A stretch of DNA of 59,385 nt, filler included, from Dimargaris cristalligena (GCA_003614675.1; 2 parts of 2 records of this genome joined end to end with filler, not necessarily neighbours in it); one strand, 5' to 3'; counted from the first letter of the whole stretch, positions 25,737 to 36,194 are shown. The notes: generated by a model from the sequence alone, not told the origin. Program-made: numbers and translations.

Positions 25737-27016
25737 GTTGTGTCGCGTGGTTCCTTACCAGACACACACATACCCCGTCGGGGCTTCCGACAGAACGTGG
25801 CACCCGCATGTTTTTTACCCTCACCCCCACTAACCTATTTTTGGTTGGTCCGCCCGTTCGCGAATAGTATGATGCGGTGGGGGGTTTTATTTCATATTTT
25901 CTTGGGACCGTGGGCTTGCCCACATACTTCAGCAATCCACATCTGCGATGGACCGGAGGGGGACTTAAATCACCCTAGCCCGCTCACTGTCTTCCCTCCC
26001 CCTACTTATTTAGGATCCAACTTTGGGTGATAGCGTTAATACAGGACTAACTAGGACAGTTGCAGTTAAAGGGCAATAATACCTGCTTTAGGGGACTGGA
26101 AAGGAGTGCCCGCCCATAGAGTGATGTGTGAATAATGAATGGCCTGCATAGGTGAATGAATGAGGGGGAGTGATTTCGACTCTAGCCCTCTAAGGGTATG
26201 TGGTGTGGTGATCCCCCTCTAGGTGGTAAAGGTATAGGGCTCACCAACCCTTGGCCCTCTCCACTCAGGAGAGGGAACTGGTTCCCCCAATTTGTGCTTG
26301 GCACCAAGGAACAATAGAATGGCATAGGCAGGTAGGGTGCCACCACCGCACATATCGGCCCTTCGAATGAGAACGGCTGGGGGTTACAGGGCTTGGCGGG
26401 CATAGGCTGGTCGGAGTAGTGGAGGACCTTGGCCGGCCGGGTGTGTATGTGTATATAGGGCTAGTAACATAGTGGGCATCTACTGGGGGCCATTATTGCT
26501 ATTGTCATGACGTGGGCCTATTTAATTTCAGATACATGGCTGGTTATGGGGAAAACTATCTGGCGCGGTAAAGAGTTCTCTATATTATACTACTTGGGCT
26601 TGGCTTGGCTCGACTATTCCTTGGGCAAAGGGAGAATACTCCGAAGCCATTACCAGGACCGGGGCTCAGGGTCTTTTCCGAACATCTCTTTCGGCCCATC
26701 TCTATCTCTCTCTCTCTCTATATATCCATTATTATTTATTACAGCCACTTATCCCTTCGTATATATCTATCAGTAGTCCATTCCCCCGTTGGTTCCCCAG
26801 CTGACCTCGAAGTGTGGCCTCTTCTCAACCCCTCTTTTAGCCTATTCGTTGCTTTTTCTGTACTTATTGCAGTCCTTCTAGTTATCCGTTGACCGCCCAT
26901 CTCGAGCACACCTGGCCGTCATTCTTTTTTTAAAAATATACGGTTATATTCTTTTACATACTACTACTACTACTACTACTACCTGCCCCCCATAGTAGTA
27001 GTGCCTTCTTCCACCC

Positions 27017-29071
27017 ATGGAAAATCCGGCTCTCCGCTCGTGGCTCGTCACCGTCACCAAGGGCCACATTGACCCACTTGCGACTACCCAACACATCTAC
27101 GACGTTCTCCATCATTTCCCCACCCTCCGACCCAAATACGACTTTTACGCTCTCCGCCAGGGCAGCAGCAGCAACGGGGCCCGCGAGCCCACCCTAAGTA
27201 CTTTCGGAACCTTGCCCGTTACCTACCACGGCCAAACCTACCAGTTCCCTGTGTGCCTCTACTACCCCGTCCGGTACCCCCAGGTGCCCCCGGTTGTCGA
27301 TGTCGTTCCTACCGCCGACATGGCCGTGGTCCCAGGGAAATGCGTGAATGCCCAGGGCCATGTGCACCACCCTTATCTGAGCCAATGGGAAGCCCAACCC
27401 CAACAGAAAAACGCCGTCGAACTGTTGCGGGCCCTGCAAATAGTGTTCAGCCACGAGCCCCCCGTCGGTATGAAACACCGCCCCCGGCCGGCCCAGAAAC
27501 CCACGTCGGCCGCGGCTAATGCTAGTATGGCAGCAGGAGGGGGGGGAGGTCCCCTGGGAATGGGCTTGGCCGGCGCGTCATTGTCGTCGCCCGACTTACT
27601 CGCGTCGACCCAGTCGCAGGCCGCCTTTTCGAGCTCTACGTCCACCGTTGCGCCCACGGCTTTGTTAGGTCAGACGCAACCGCAAGCTCACCCACACCTT
27701 CGGCCAGCGTCGACCCAACCGGGTCCGCCGCCCCATTCCATGTCCATGGCTTCGCTATATCCCAATACCCCGCCGGCCGCAACCGCCCACCACCAGCACC
27801 ATACGTCTTCGCCCCTCGGACCCGCCCGTCCGCCCCACTCTTCCCAATCCTTTCACCTACCGTCTAACAACCACACGAGTCCCCCTTCAGCTGCTAGCCC
27901 GCATCCGTTCTCGTACCAGCATCTTCCGGCCACGTCCGCTGCTGCTGCTGGTGGGCCTCCCGTCTCGTCGCCGGCCTGGTCAGCGGCCAGCCACCCGACC
28001 CTTCACGTCACTAACCCTTCGCTTACCAACAACAACCACTCGAGTAATAGCTCCCCGCAAAACGCTGCGCCAACTATTCATCCGACTTCTTCTTCCGCGG
28101 CGGCCCCGGTCGGGGGGGACTCTCGTTACCCTCATTACCAACAACAATCGGGGGCAGATTTTGCCGTCTCCCCGCCTATGCATATTTCCCCATTTGCGGC
28201 CATGGGTACCCCACCGCAACCCTTCACCTCGTCCATGTCTGCGTCTGCATCTGCGTCCACTTCTGTGCATCCCCAACCCCCCGTCTCCTCGCCCCCTAAA
28301 CTGGTCACCAGTCCACCCCAGGTTCCGCCCAACCATCCCTTGCCGCCGCTGCCCTCCCTGAATGGTGGTGGTGCCCCCCCTCCTCTGGCCTCGGCTACCA
28401 CCCACCCGGCCCCACCACCGGCCGCCCCTAGCTCCAATGATCCTACTGCGGCTACCATGGCCCATGCGGGCTCCCAGTCCACGGACACGATGAGCCTAGC
28501 CGCCTTACGCCACCAGCTCAGTCTAATCGACGGAGACCCCGTTCCCCCCGAAAAACGCCTGGCGGGGTTCCAAATTGCCGTCTATGACAAACTCACCGCC
28601 ACCCTGGACCGGTTCAACAAGGATATGAAGCTGCGTACGGCCCACCTCCTGGCCATTAACCAACACCTTAACCACGGCGAAGAAATCGTCGAAAAGGAGA
28701 AACGGTTGCTGACCACGATGAAACGTAAAATTGATAATAACATCGCGGTCCTGGAAACTAAACACGAGGAACTGAAAGTACAACAAACCGTCATTAGCAA
28801 AATGCCCCATACTACTGGATCGGGGTTGGCTACCCCCCCGGCGGAATCCCTGTTCCGGGGTCGGGAACCGGCCCACGAACAGCTTTTTCATTTGGTGGCG
28901 GAGGATAACGCCCTGGAGGATACTATCTATTACCTCGGTAAAGCGCTCAGTCTCGGCCAGGTCGAATTGCCGGCGTACCTTAAAAGTGTGCGGGCGTTGG
29001 CGCATGACCAGTTTTTGTGTCGGGCCCTAATTCAAACGATACGGCAGCGGTGTAATCTTCCCCCTACGTAG
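27017..29071 (+). CDS. VPS23: ESCRT-I subunit Vps23/TSG101
   Basis: UEV domain (GTLPVTYHGQTYQFPV..YPQVPP..HPYL..W), Pro/Ser-rich linker, coiled coil and steadiness box (LVAEDNALEDTIYYL...VRALAHDQF). Confidence 0.94.
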   Translation: MENPALRSWLVTVTKGHIDPLATTQHIYDVLHHFPTLRPKYDFYALRQGSSSNGAREPTLSTFGTLPVTYHGQTYQFPVCLYYPVRYPQVPPVVDVVPTADMAVVPGKCVNAQGHVHHPYLSQWEAQPQQKNAVELLRALQIVFSHEPPVGMKHRPRPAQKPTSAAANASMAAGGGGGPLGMGLAGASLSSPDLLASTQSQAAFSSSTSTVAPTALLGQTQPQAHPHLRPASTQPGPPPHSMSMASLYPNTPPAATAHHQHHTSSPLGPARPPHSSQSFHLPSNNHTSPPSAASPHPFSYQHLPATSAAAAGGPPVSSPAWSAASHPTLHVTNPSLTNNNHSSNSSPQNAAPTIHPTSSSAAAPVGGDSRYPHYQQQSGADFAVSPPMHISPFAAMGTPPQPFTSSMSASASASTSVHPQPPVSSPPKLVTSPPQVPPNHPLPPLPSLNGGGAPPPLASATTHPAPPPAAPSSNDPTAATMAHAGSQSTDTMSLAALRHQLSLIDGDPVPPEKRLAGFQIAVYDKLTATLDRFNKDMKLRTAHLLAINQHLNHGEEIVEKEKRLLTTMKRKIDNNIAVLETKHEELKVQQTVISKMPHTTGSGLATPPAESLFRGREPAHEQLFHLVAEDNALEDTIYYLGKALSLGQVELPAYLKSVRALAHDQFLCRALIQTIRQRCNLPPT

Positions 29072-29681
29072 ACAATTGGGACCTATATATATATATATAT
29101 GGGGGGGGTGGAGAACGGCGAAAACAGCTGAGCAGGGTGGGAGAGGGTCATTCTCGTATTCTTGTAATTGTCCACCATTATCTGATTCAACTTTGCTGAT
29201 CGGGAACTCCCCTCCCCCCACCTCCCCATAATTCTATATGTTCACCCCCCTCCTACCCCAGTTGCTTCAACAACGAATACATTAAAACTTATATATTCAT
29301 TGAAGCCCCCCTCCCCTACTATGAAAGCTGGCAATAAGATTTTGAGAACCATACCATGTAGCCCAGCAAGTATTGTTTCATTTCGAATTAAGAACCATCA
29401 CCTTACTGATATGTACATGGGTTTTTTATAGATACTCAATGACCGCCCAAAGCGGGGAAGTGTCCCCAAATAGTAAAGTTCAAGTTCATCAATAAAAGTA
29501 GAGGTGCATCGGCAATCTACCTAATCCCTGGCTATTAGCGGGTTATTTGTTCGGCGGTTTAGCAGTCGAGGTTTTGGCCACGGTGGTCTTTTTACTGGTA
29601 AAATTTTTAAGGTCACGTACCTGTTTATAACCCGGCGACAACAGCTGAGCCGCCTGCGTAGCTATTCCCGTCTTAGTCTTA

Positions 29682-29781
29682 NNNNNNNNNNNNNNNNNNN
29701 NNNNNNNNNNNNNNNNNNNNNNNNNTTAATTAATTAANNNNNNNNNNNNNNNNNNNNNNNNNNNNNNNNNNNNNNNNNNNN
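29682..29781. other. Assembly gap containing an artificial TTAATTAATTAA linker
   Basis: N runs flank TTAATTAATTAA (29726-29737), which gives stops in all six frames. Confidence 0.95.
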
Positions 29782-29836
29782 CACCTAGTCCTTCATAGGT
29801 AGTCGGCTTTAATCCTTTAGATTATTAAGCACGACA
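29782..29836 (-). repeat. 3' LTR (truncated by gap)
   Basis: Identical to 36140-36194. Confidence 0.93.
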
Positions 29837-29848
29837 TCATTCCCCATT
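29837..29848 (-). promoter_or_regulatory. Polypurine tract overlapping the ORF stop
   Basis: Minus strand reads AATGGGGAATGA immediately before the LTR start TGTCGT. Confidence 0.7.
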
Positions 29849-32800
29849 AGACTGGGCTTCGTCCTCGAGCCCTTGAATATAAGGAGCTAATTGAGTGACA
29901 GGGACACGCTCCCGGGGTAGGCGAGTATTATGAACTGCTGGCTCAATTGTATAGGTATTGCCTCCATGTACATCCACAATTGTTACAGGCCCGGCATATC
30001 GGAAACTTAATTTTGTAGGGTCAGTAGGGATCCGGACCATTGCCTGATCACCACAGTGATATTTGATAACTTCAACAGGTATCGGTTGAGAAGGTACATG
30101 TCGAACCATATTATATGCATGGGCTAATCGGTCTCGTAATTGGTCGGTGTACTCGGATCCCGTGGGTGCTGGGTTGGGGTTGATCTCTGGAGTTAATGCA
30201 ACATCAATGGGCATTCGAGGGTCTCGTCCATACATGAGGTAAAAGGGTTTGTTTCGTATGGGGGAGACATAGGCCGTCCGATAGGCAAATAGATGGTAGG
30301 GTATATACATATCCCAATGCTCAGGATCATCAATGGCATATTTAGCAATCATGTGGGACAAGGTTTGATTCAATCGTTCAACTGCACCATTTGCTGCAGG
30401 ATTATAGGCTACTGTAGGGCGATGATTAACTCCTAATAGGCGAAGTACATGCCTTAATAACCGGGATACAAATTGAGGGCCTCGATCAGAGATAAGGACC
30501 CGGGGACATCCATGAATGCAAATGATTTCCTCTAGGATAAAGTTGACTACATCCTGAGCTGTAATGTGCGGTACAGCCCGGGCAAATGGCCACCTTGTGA
30601 AGTAATCAATGGCTACAATGACATACCGGTTTGAACTTTCAGCCACTGGGAATGGTCCTAATATATCAATTCCCACACGATCCAAGGGTGCAGTTAGAGG
30701 GCTTTCCGTTTGGGGCTGTGGTACAGTCTGGGATCGATGTAGTTGGCAGGTAGGACAATTACGTACATGTTCTTGGACATCCTTTACCATAGTGGGCCAG
30801 TATAAAGATTGTTGGAGACGATGCTGTACTGTAGTAGTGCCTAAATGGCCAGCCCCCATAGCTTCATGGGCTGCAGTGAGGGCAGCCGGACGGTGTACCG
30901 CAGGTAGGTATAGGCGATTGATCCCATTAATTGTTTGATATACCAATCCTTCTTGAATAATAAAGGTTTGGCCACGGCCACGAAATGATTGTTTGGTTTT
31001 GTTCCCCATCCGTTGAATTAGGTTATGAACTTCTGGATCGTTCTTTTGGTCGAGACCCATTTGGTCATTGGCAACAGATATTAGAAAGGCTTTTGGTGCA
31101 GCTTCTTCAATCACTACGGGATTCTCCAAGGAAGGCCTATCTGTAGAACCAAAACTACCATCCCCTCGTTGAGTATTATCCAGATCAGCTACTTCCACTA
31201 AATTGGGGGTTGCATTGGGGATAAATAGTAGTTGGGCAATCTTTGCCTGGGGCATAAGGGTGTACTCAGTTGCAGTTAGATTATGTAGGACCACAGATAT
31301 TTCCCCTCGGTAATCACTATCTATAATCCCAGCGCGAATAGCAATACCCTGGATTCCTAATGAACTTCGCTCCCAGATCTGGGCATGATACTGGGGTGGC
31401 ATTTGAAGAGCCCACCCAATAGCAACAGCTTGAAAACTGTGAGGACTAAGGTGGACTTTCCGGTAAGTATATAGATCATACCCTGCTGACCCTGGAGTAC
31501 CTCGATTTGGAAGGGTAGCCTTAGGGTGGCATCGACGAATACAAAACTCTAATAGACTTTCAGTATTCAAGCTATTTACCATTACCCCATCTGGTTCGGA
31601 TAGTGCAGTGGGTAGGGCTAACCGGGATAATCCATCAGCATTATTGTGTATTCTCCCAGGCCGGTGATGTATTTCGAAATCGTAATCTTGGAGGGTGAGA
31701 TACCATCGTTCCAAACGTCCAGAACGAGGTGTAGTTGATTGTAACCACTTCAATGGAGCATGGTCAGTTTCCAAGATGAACTTACGGCCATATAAATAGG
31801 GTCGAAATTTCTGTAGAGCATACACTGCAGCTAGGCATTCCTTTTCAGTGACTGTATAGTTCTTTTGGGCTTTCTCCAGACTGGCACTAGCATATGCTAC
31901 GGCATATTCTTCTTTCCCTTCCCGCTGAGTTAGGATGGCACCCACACCATGATCGGAGGCATCTGTTTGCACAATGAACTGTTTGTTGAAATCTGGGTAG
32001 CGTAGGATGGGATTGGTGGTCAGGGCATTCCTTAGGTCATCAAATTCGGCCTGTTCAGCTTTACCCCAGGTAAATGGGATACCCTTTTGCATTAATCGGC
32101 GTAAATGTGTAGCCCTCATTGAAAATCGAGGTACAAACCGCCGGTAATAAGATGTGAGCCCAATGAAACTTTGTACACCTTTGAGGTTAGTTGGTGGTGG
32201 CATAGCCCGTATGGCTTCAAGTTTTTCAGGGTTGGGTCGAATTCCTTCCCGAGATACCATGTGGCCTAGGTAAGGTACACAATCAGCACCAAAAGTACAT
32301 TTACTCTTCTTAAGCTGGAGGCCATGTTTTTGAAGGGTACGAAGTACTTGTTGAATATCCTGACAGTGTTGTTTAAAGTCCGGGGAGAAGATAATAATAT
32401 CATCTAGATAAACTAGACAGCAGACATTAATATGCTCACCCAAGACCTCATTCATTAATCGCTGAAAAGTGGCTGGGGCATTGCACAATCCAAAAGGCAT
32501 TACTGTAAATTCATACAGTGCATCACCAGTTGTAAAGGCAGTTTTCTTGATGTCACCGGGCTCCATGGGAATTTGCCAATACCCAGAAGCTAGGTCCAGA
32601 GTAGTAAAATATCGGGCAGATCCCAACCGGTCAATGGCTTCTTCGATACTAGGTAGGGGGTAGGCATCCTTTCTGGTTACTTTGTTTAATTTTCGGTAAT
32701 CTACGCAGAACCGAGTAGAGCCATCCTTCTTCAGTACTGGGGTAATGGGACTTGCCCAGGCACTATTGGAAGGCTGAATGACCCCATTTTCCAACATTTC

Positions 32801-35611
32801 CTGGACTTCCTTGACTAGGTTTGCCTTTTTTGCCCATGGTGTCCGGTAGGCCCGACTTCGAATTGGTTTTGTATCAAGCAACTCAATTTGATGAGTGGTA
32901 CTAGCAGTTACATGGGGTCTTTTAGGGTTCTCTGCGAAGAACCCATATTTACTGACCAGTTTGGTCAAAGTTTCCCGCTCCTCTGAGGTTAGTTGTTTTC
33001 CTAAGGGGAGGTCAGTGGGCATTGTGATTTCAGGACTAGCTGATACAGTTGCTATCCGAGTTTTGGGCATCAATACTATAGGTTCCCCAGTGGGATTCCT
33101 AACCATAACCTGGGTTTCTTGGTTGGTAAATGCAGCTATTCCTTCCAGGGCTCGGGTGGTATGGTGGTGCAAGGAATGCACAAAAGCAGTCACTGGTACA
33201 GGGCCATCAGCTCGGACAGGGGTAGCTACTAAACCTCCAGGAGGTATAGTTGTTGGGTGGATTACTCTGAGGGTAGTCTGTTGTCCACCCAGGGCCAGTG
33301 TTCGGCGGGCAATATCAATAACTGGCTGGGCCTGATCTGCCCAGTTGGTCCCCAGTAGAAAACTTCCATGGGGTAATACAGCAGCAGTAACTGGTACTAC
33401 TACTGCTCCCACTGTTATTTCCACTTCCACATAGCGGCTGACTGCAATACGTCTCTTATCGCCTAGTACAATGTACCCAGAGCCTATGGGGGGTATATTC
33501 TTGACCTCCCGGGGTAAGAGAGACTCCGGGATAACTGAGATTTGGGCCCCCGTATCTAGTACTGCTTCACGGGGTTCCCCATTAACCAGAACATGGATTT
33601 TGTATTGTGATCCAATATCTGTAGCAGTAACAGCAGCTACAACAGCATCAGATTCATCCTCGGTAGCCAAGCTACTGGAGGAGTCCTCTTCTGAGTCATA
33701 ATCAGAAGAAATTTCAACTTGTTGAATTTTGGGGTTTTTCCTCTGAGGGCAGTCGGCCATGAAATGTCCAGTTTTTCCACACTTGAAACAGGAACTGGAG
33801 TTCTTTGCCGGGGCTTTGCCTTGGGTTGGTTTATCCTCACTAAGAGCTGACTTTTCTTTACTTGATTGTTGACGGTTAGTTCGGTGGTCTTGGTAATGTC
33901 CTGGTGATTCAAACCGGCGAGACTGGCGTTCATAGTCTCGGATATAGGATGCATTAAGAATCCTCTCATGGACCTTATGGTACAACTCCTTCCAGTTGGT
34001 ATAGTCATTGTAGATAAGGGCATCAAACCACTTAGATGGAAGGACCCTCAAAAGGTGGTACTTGATTTGGGATTTGTCTAACCCAATTGACTCCCCAAGT
34101 GAGATGACTTTACTAAAGTAATATAGATACTCAGTCTTCCTGTCCCACTTGGCCTTGGCTAGTTCTTCCTGAATACTGGCATAGCGGTTGACACCTTCCA
34201 GTTCTTCCAGTAGTTGGTCTCGGAAATCACTCCAACTTTTGATGTTTTGGTGAAATGCTGTATGCCAATCTCGAAGGGGGGCACTGATTGCACTAAGGGC
34301 TTCTACCAGGGTCTGTACAGGGTCCCATCGGTTGGCTCTGGCTACATAGTCAACCTGAATAGTCCAGGTCCTAACACTAGTAGTATCACTTTCCCTAAGC
34401 CTAGGAATACTCTTGGGTCCAATTACTAAGCCAGTGGGTTGATCATGACTATAACTGTAGTTTTCCAGGGTATGGCGACTCTGAGGGGTGGGCCTATGGT
34501 TTCGAGGTCCAGTACTAGGCAGTACAAACTCATCATTCTGATAACTGGACTGAAGCCTCGGGGTAGGTGTAGCTGTACAGTCTGTTTCCTTATTCTGATG
34601 AGGGGTGGGGTTCATGGTCAGTAAGTTGAATTTCCTGGTCATATCCCGCTGGATTTCCCGCATTACTTGCAGGGTTTCTTGGTTCTGGCTGTCCGTCCGT
34701 GCCCATCGCTCTTCCATAAGTGCTGCTTGGTCACTCTGGTTCCTGATAGTATCACTGAAGATTCGGAGGGAGCTTGCCATCTCTTCCTGGGTCTTCTGGA
34801 TCCTTGCCAAATTTGAGTGCATGAATTGTAGCTCACTTTCCATGGCTTGCTGACGTCCTTCCTGCTGCCGTACCTGTTGTTGGAGTTCTGTCATCCTGAC
34901 TGCTTCCTCGGTGACTATTTGGCGTACTGCAGGTGTTCCTAGCATTCCAGCAATAGTTTGATTTAAACTGTCCGTTGCTGGCTGTGCTCTTTGCTCCTGG
35001 CTGGATCGGCCTGCCTGATTAATCCGCGCCTGCTGAGTGATCCCCAACAGCTGTCTTGCTGATTCGTTGATTGACCCTGGCTGATCCCTGTTGGATCTTG
35101 CCTGATCTTGGGATACTGTACGCTGTTGACTTGGGGCTGGGGGTCTACCTTGACCCCGAAATTGTTGACCAGTACCTTCAGTCATTCTGGTTCCAGTAGT
35201 AAAGTCGAACTGTCCGATTGGTTCACTTTGTAATAACTGGACTGCAGTCTCACTAGACTGGATGGGTGCTACTTCGATTGGTTGGTTTAACAGATTACCA
35301 ATAGTAGGTGTGGTGGTGCTTACCCCAGAAGTAATTATACTTGTTGGCCGGGTTTGCCCACCAGTTCCTTCACAAGGAATACTAGCTTCACTAGTGGCCA
35401 CTGTCCTAGTAGGCTGGAGCTGTCTATGATTTCGCTGGTCGAACTCCTGAGTGCTATACTCGAAAATTTCCGCTGTTATACGTTGTTCCTCTTCTGTCAA
35501 TGACTCTTCCTCTGGGGCACTTATTGTAGCTCGCTGGGACCGGGTTGCTGAACGAGTTCGGGTGGCTATTCCTTCACCTGGGTTGCTATCCTTGGTGGCT
35601 CTTCGGCTCAT
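29837..35611 (-). CDS. Gag-Pol polyprotein: Gag/CCHC, protease, RT, RNase H, dUTPase, integrase
   Basis: CFKCGKTGHFMADC; LDTGA; LDLASGYWQ, MPFGLCNAPATF, YLDD; TDAS, TDHAPL, ADGLSR; dUTPase motifs; H..GH..CPTC, GIDILGP, SDRGPQF, VERLN; GPV. First ATG at 35611; no stop or frameshift. Confidence 0.96.
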   Translation of the reverse strand: MSRRATKDSNPGEGIATRTRSATRSQRATISAPEEESLTEEEQRITAEIFEYSTQEFDQRNHRQLQPTRTVATSEASIPCEGTGGQTRPTSIITSGVSTTTPTIGNLLNQPIEVAPIQSSETAVQLLQSEPIGQFDFTTGTRMTEGTGQQFRGQGRPPAPSQQRTVSQDQARSNRDQPGSINESARQLLGITQQARINQAGRSSQEQRAQPATDSLNQTIAGMLGTPAVRQIVTEEAVRMTELQQQVRQQEGRQQAMESELQFMHSNLARIQKTQEEMASSLRIFSDTIRNQSDQAALMEERWARTDSQNQETLQVMREIQRDMTRKFNLLTMNPTPHQNKETDCTATPTPRLQSSYQNDEFVLPSTGPRNHRPTPQSRHTLENYSYSHDQPTGLVIGPKSIPRLRESDTTSVRTWTIQVDYVARANRWDPVQTLVEALSAISAPLRDWHTAFHQNIKSWSDFRDQLLEELEGVNRYASIQEELAKAKWDRKTEYLYYFSKVISLGESIGLDKSQIKYHLLRVLPSKWFDALIYNDYTNWKELYHKVHERILNASYIRDYERQSRRFESPGHYQDHRTNRQQSSKEKSALSEDKPTQGKAPAKNSSSCFKCGKTGHFMADCPQRKNPKIQQVEISSDYDSEEDSSSSLATEDESDAVVAAVTATDIGSQYKIHVLVNGEPREAVLDTGAQISVIPESLLPREVKNIPPIGSGYIVLGDKRRIAVSRYVEVEITVGAVVVPVTAAVLPHGSFLLGTNWADQAQPVIDIARRTLALGGQQTTLRVIHPTTIPPGGLVATPVRADGPVPVTAFVHSLHHHTTRALEGIAAFTNQETQVMVRNPTGEPIVLMPKTRIATVSASPEITMPTDLPLGKQLTSEERETLTKLVSKYGFFAENPKRPHVTASTTHQIELLDTKPIRSRAYRTPWAKKANLVKEVQEMLENGVIQPSNSAWASPITPVLKKDGSTRFCVDYRKLNKVTRKDAYPLPSIEEAIDRLGSARYFTTLDLASGYWQIPMEPGDIKKTAFTTGDALYEFTVMPFGLCNAPATFQRLMNEVLGEHINVCCLVYLDDIIIFSPDFKQHCQDIQQVLRTLQKHGLQLKKSKCTFGADCVPYLGHMVSREGIRPNPEKLEAIRAMPPPTNLKGVQSFIGLTSYYRRFVPRFSMRATHLRRLMQKGIPFTWGKAEQAEFDDLRNALTTNPILRYPDFNKQFIVQTDASDHGVGAILTQREGKEEYAVAYASASLEKAQKNYTVTEKECLAAVYALQKFRPYLYGRKFILETDHAPLKWLQSTTPRSGRLERWYLTLQDYDFEIHHRPGRIHNNADGLSRLALPTALSEPDGVMVNSLNTESLLEFCIRRCHPKATLPNRGTPGSAGYDLYTYRKVHLSPHSFQAVAIGWALQMPPQYHAQIWERSSLGIQGIAIRAGIIDSDYRGEISVVLHNLTATEYTLMPQAKIAQLLFIPNATPNLVEVADLDNTQRGDGSFGSTDRPSLENPVVIEEAAPKAFLISVANDQMGLDQKNDPEVHNLIQRMGNKTKQSFRGRGQTFIIQEGLVYQTINGINRLYLPAVHRPAALTAAHEAMGAGHLGTTTVQHRLQQSLYWPTMVKDVQEHVRNCPTCQLHRSQTVPQPQTESPLTAPLDRVGIDILGPFPVAESSNRYVIVAIDYFTRWPFARAVPHITAQDVVNFILEEIICIHGCPRVLISDRGPQFVSRLLRHVLRLLGVNHRPTVAYNPAANGAVERLNQTLSHMIAKYAIDDPEHWDMYIPYHLFAYRTAYVSPIRNKPFYLMYGRDPRMPIDVALTPEINPNPAPTGSEYTDQLRDRLAHAYNMVRHVPSQPIPVEVIKYHCGDQAMVRIPTDPTKLSFRYAGPVTIVDVHGGNTYTIEPAVHNTRLPRERVPVTQLAPYIQGLEDEAQSNGE
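31140..31550 (-). other. Trimeric dUTPase domain within Pol
   Basis: Motifs I-V: AGYDL, ERSSLG, GIIDSDYRGE, KIAQL, RGDGSFGST. Confidence 0.95.
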
Positions 35612-35706
35612 GGGGGCGCAGTGGTCAAAATGGGTGGCCGGTAGGTTGAGTAGGTAGGTTGATAATAGAGGGAGAAGGCAGTGGGTAAGAAAATGATCGA
35701 AATTGT

Positions 35707-35718
35707 GGTCCTCCACCA
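35707..35718 (-). promoter_or_regulatory. Primer-binding site, probably tRNA-Ala
   Basis: TGGTGGAGGACC begins 1 nt inside the LTR end; TGGTGGA is complementary to the UCCA-CCA 3' end of tRNA-Ala. Confidence 0.7.
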
Positions 35719-35719
35719 A

Positions 35720-36194
35720 TGTCGTAGGCTAAATTCCACAATATGCTAAATGGCTACGCTTCGGACAAGTTTACAAGAGCTAACACACAGGCAGTTGATG
35801 CGAAGGGCGCTTTATAGATAAGAATAAGGGAGATATCTAATAGATTGAGTTAACTATAAAAGGGGGTATAGAATAAATGGTAATTAACTGAAGAGTAACT
35901 ATAGGAATTGGCTCGGCTTTATATAGCCGAGCAGACTAATGGTAAAGGCATCAAACCGGTATAGAAGATGCTGGAAAACGCTACTAGATAGTAATATAAA
36001 TGATAACTAATAATAGACGGGTATATAATGAAGGTGATATATAGAATATGTGAATCGAGTGGCGGGAATGGCTGAAGGATGCTGATCCTTCAACAAGGCC
36101 GAATTCCCGCGCCTCCTTGATAGAACTAGGTGATGATGACACCTAGTCCTTCATAGGTAGTCGGCTTTAATCCTTTAGATTATTAAGCACGACA
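35720..36194 (-). repeat. 5' LTR (475 bp)
   Basis: TG...CA ends with a 6-bp terminal inverted repeat; TATA-like TATATAAA near 35918-35925 on the minus strand. Confidence 0.95.

Larger units (their letters stand above)
29782..36194 (-). mobile_element. Ty3/Gypsy (Metaviridae) LTR retrotransposon with dUTPase
   Basis: 475-bp LTR with TGTCGT...ACGACA ends; 55 bp of the second LTR, identical to the first, next to the gap; PBS, PPT and PR-RT-RH-IN domain order. Confidence 0.96.

Noticed and set aside
29726-29737. TTAATTAATTAA palindrome inside Ns
   Set aside because: Scaffolding linker, not biological sequence.
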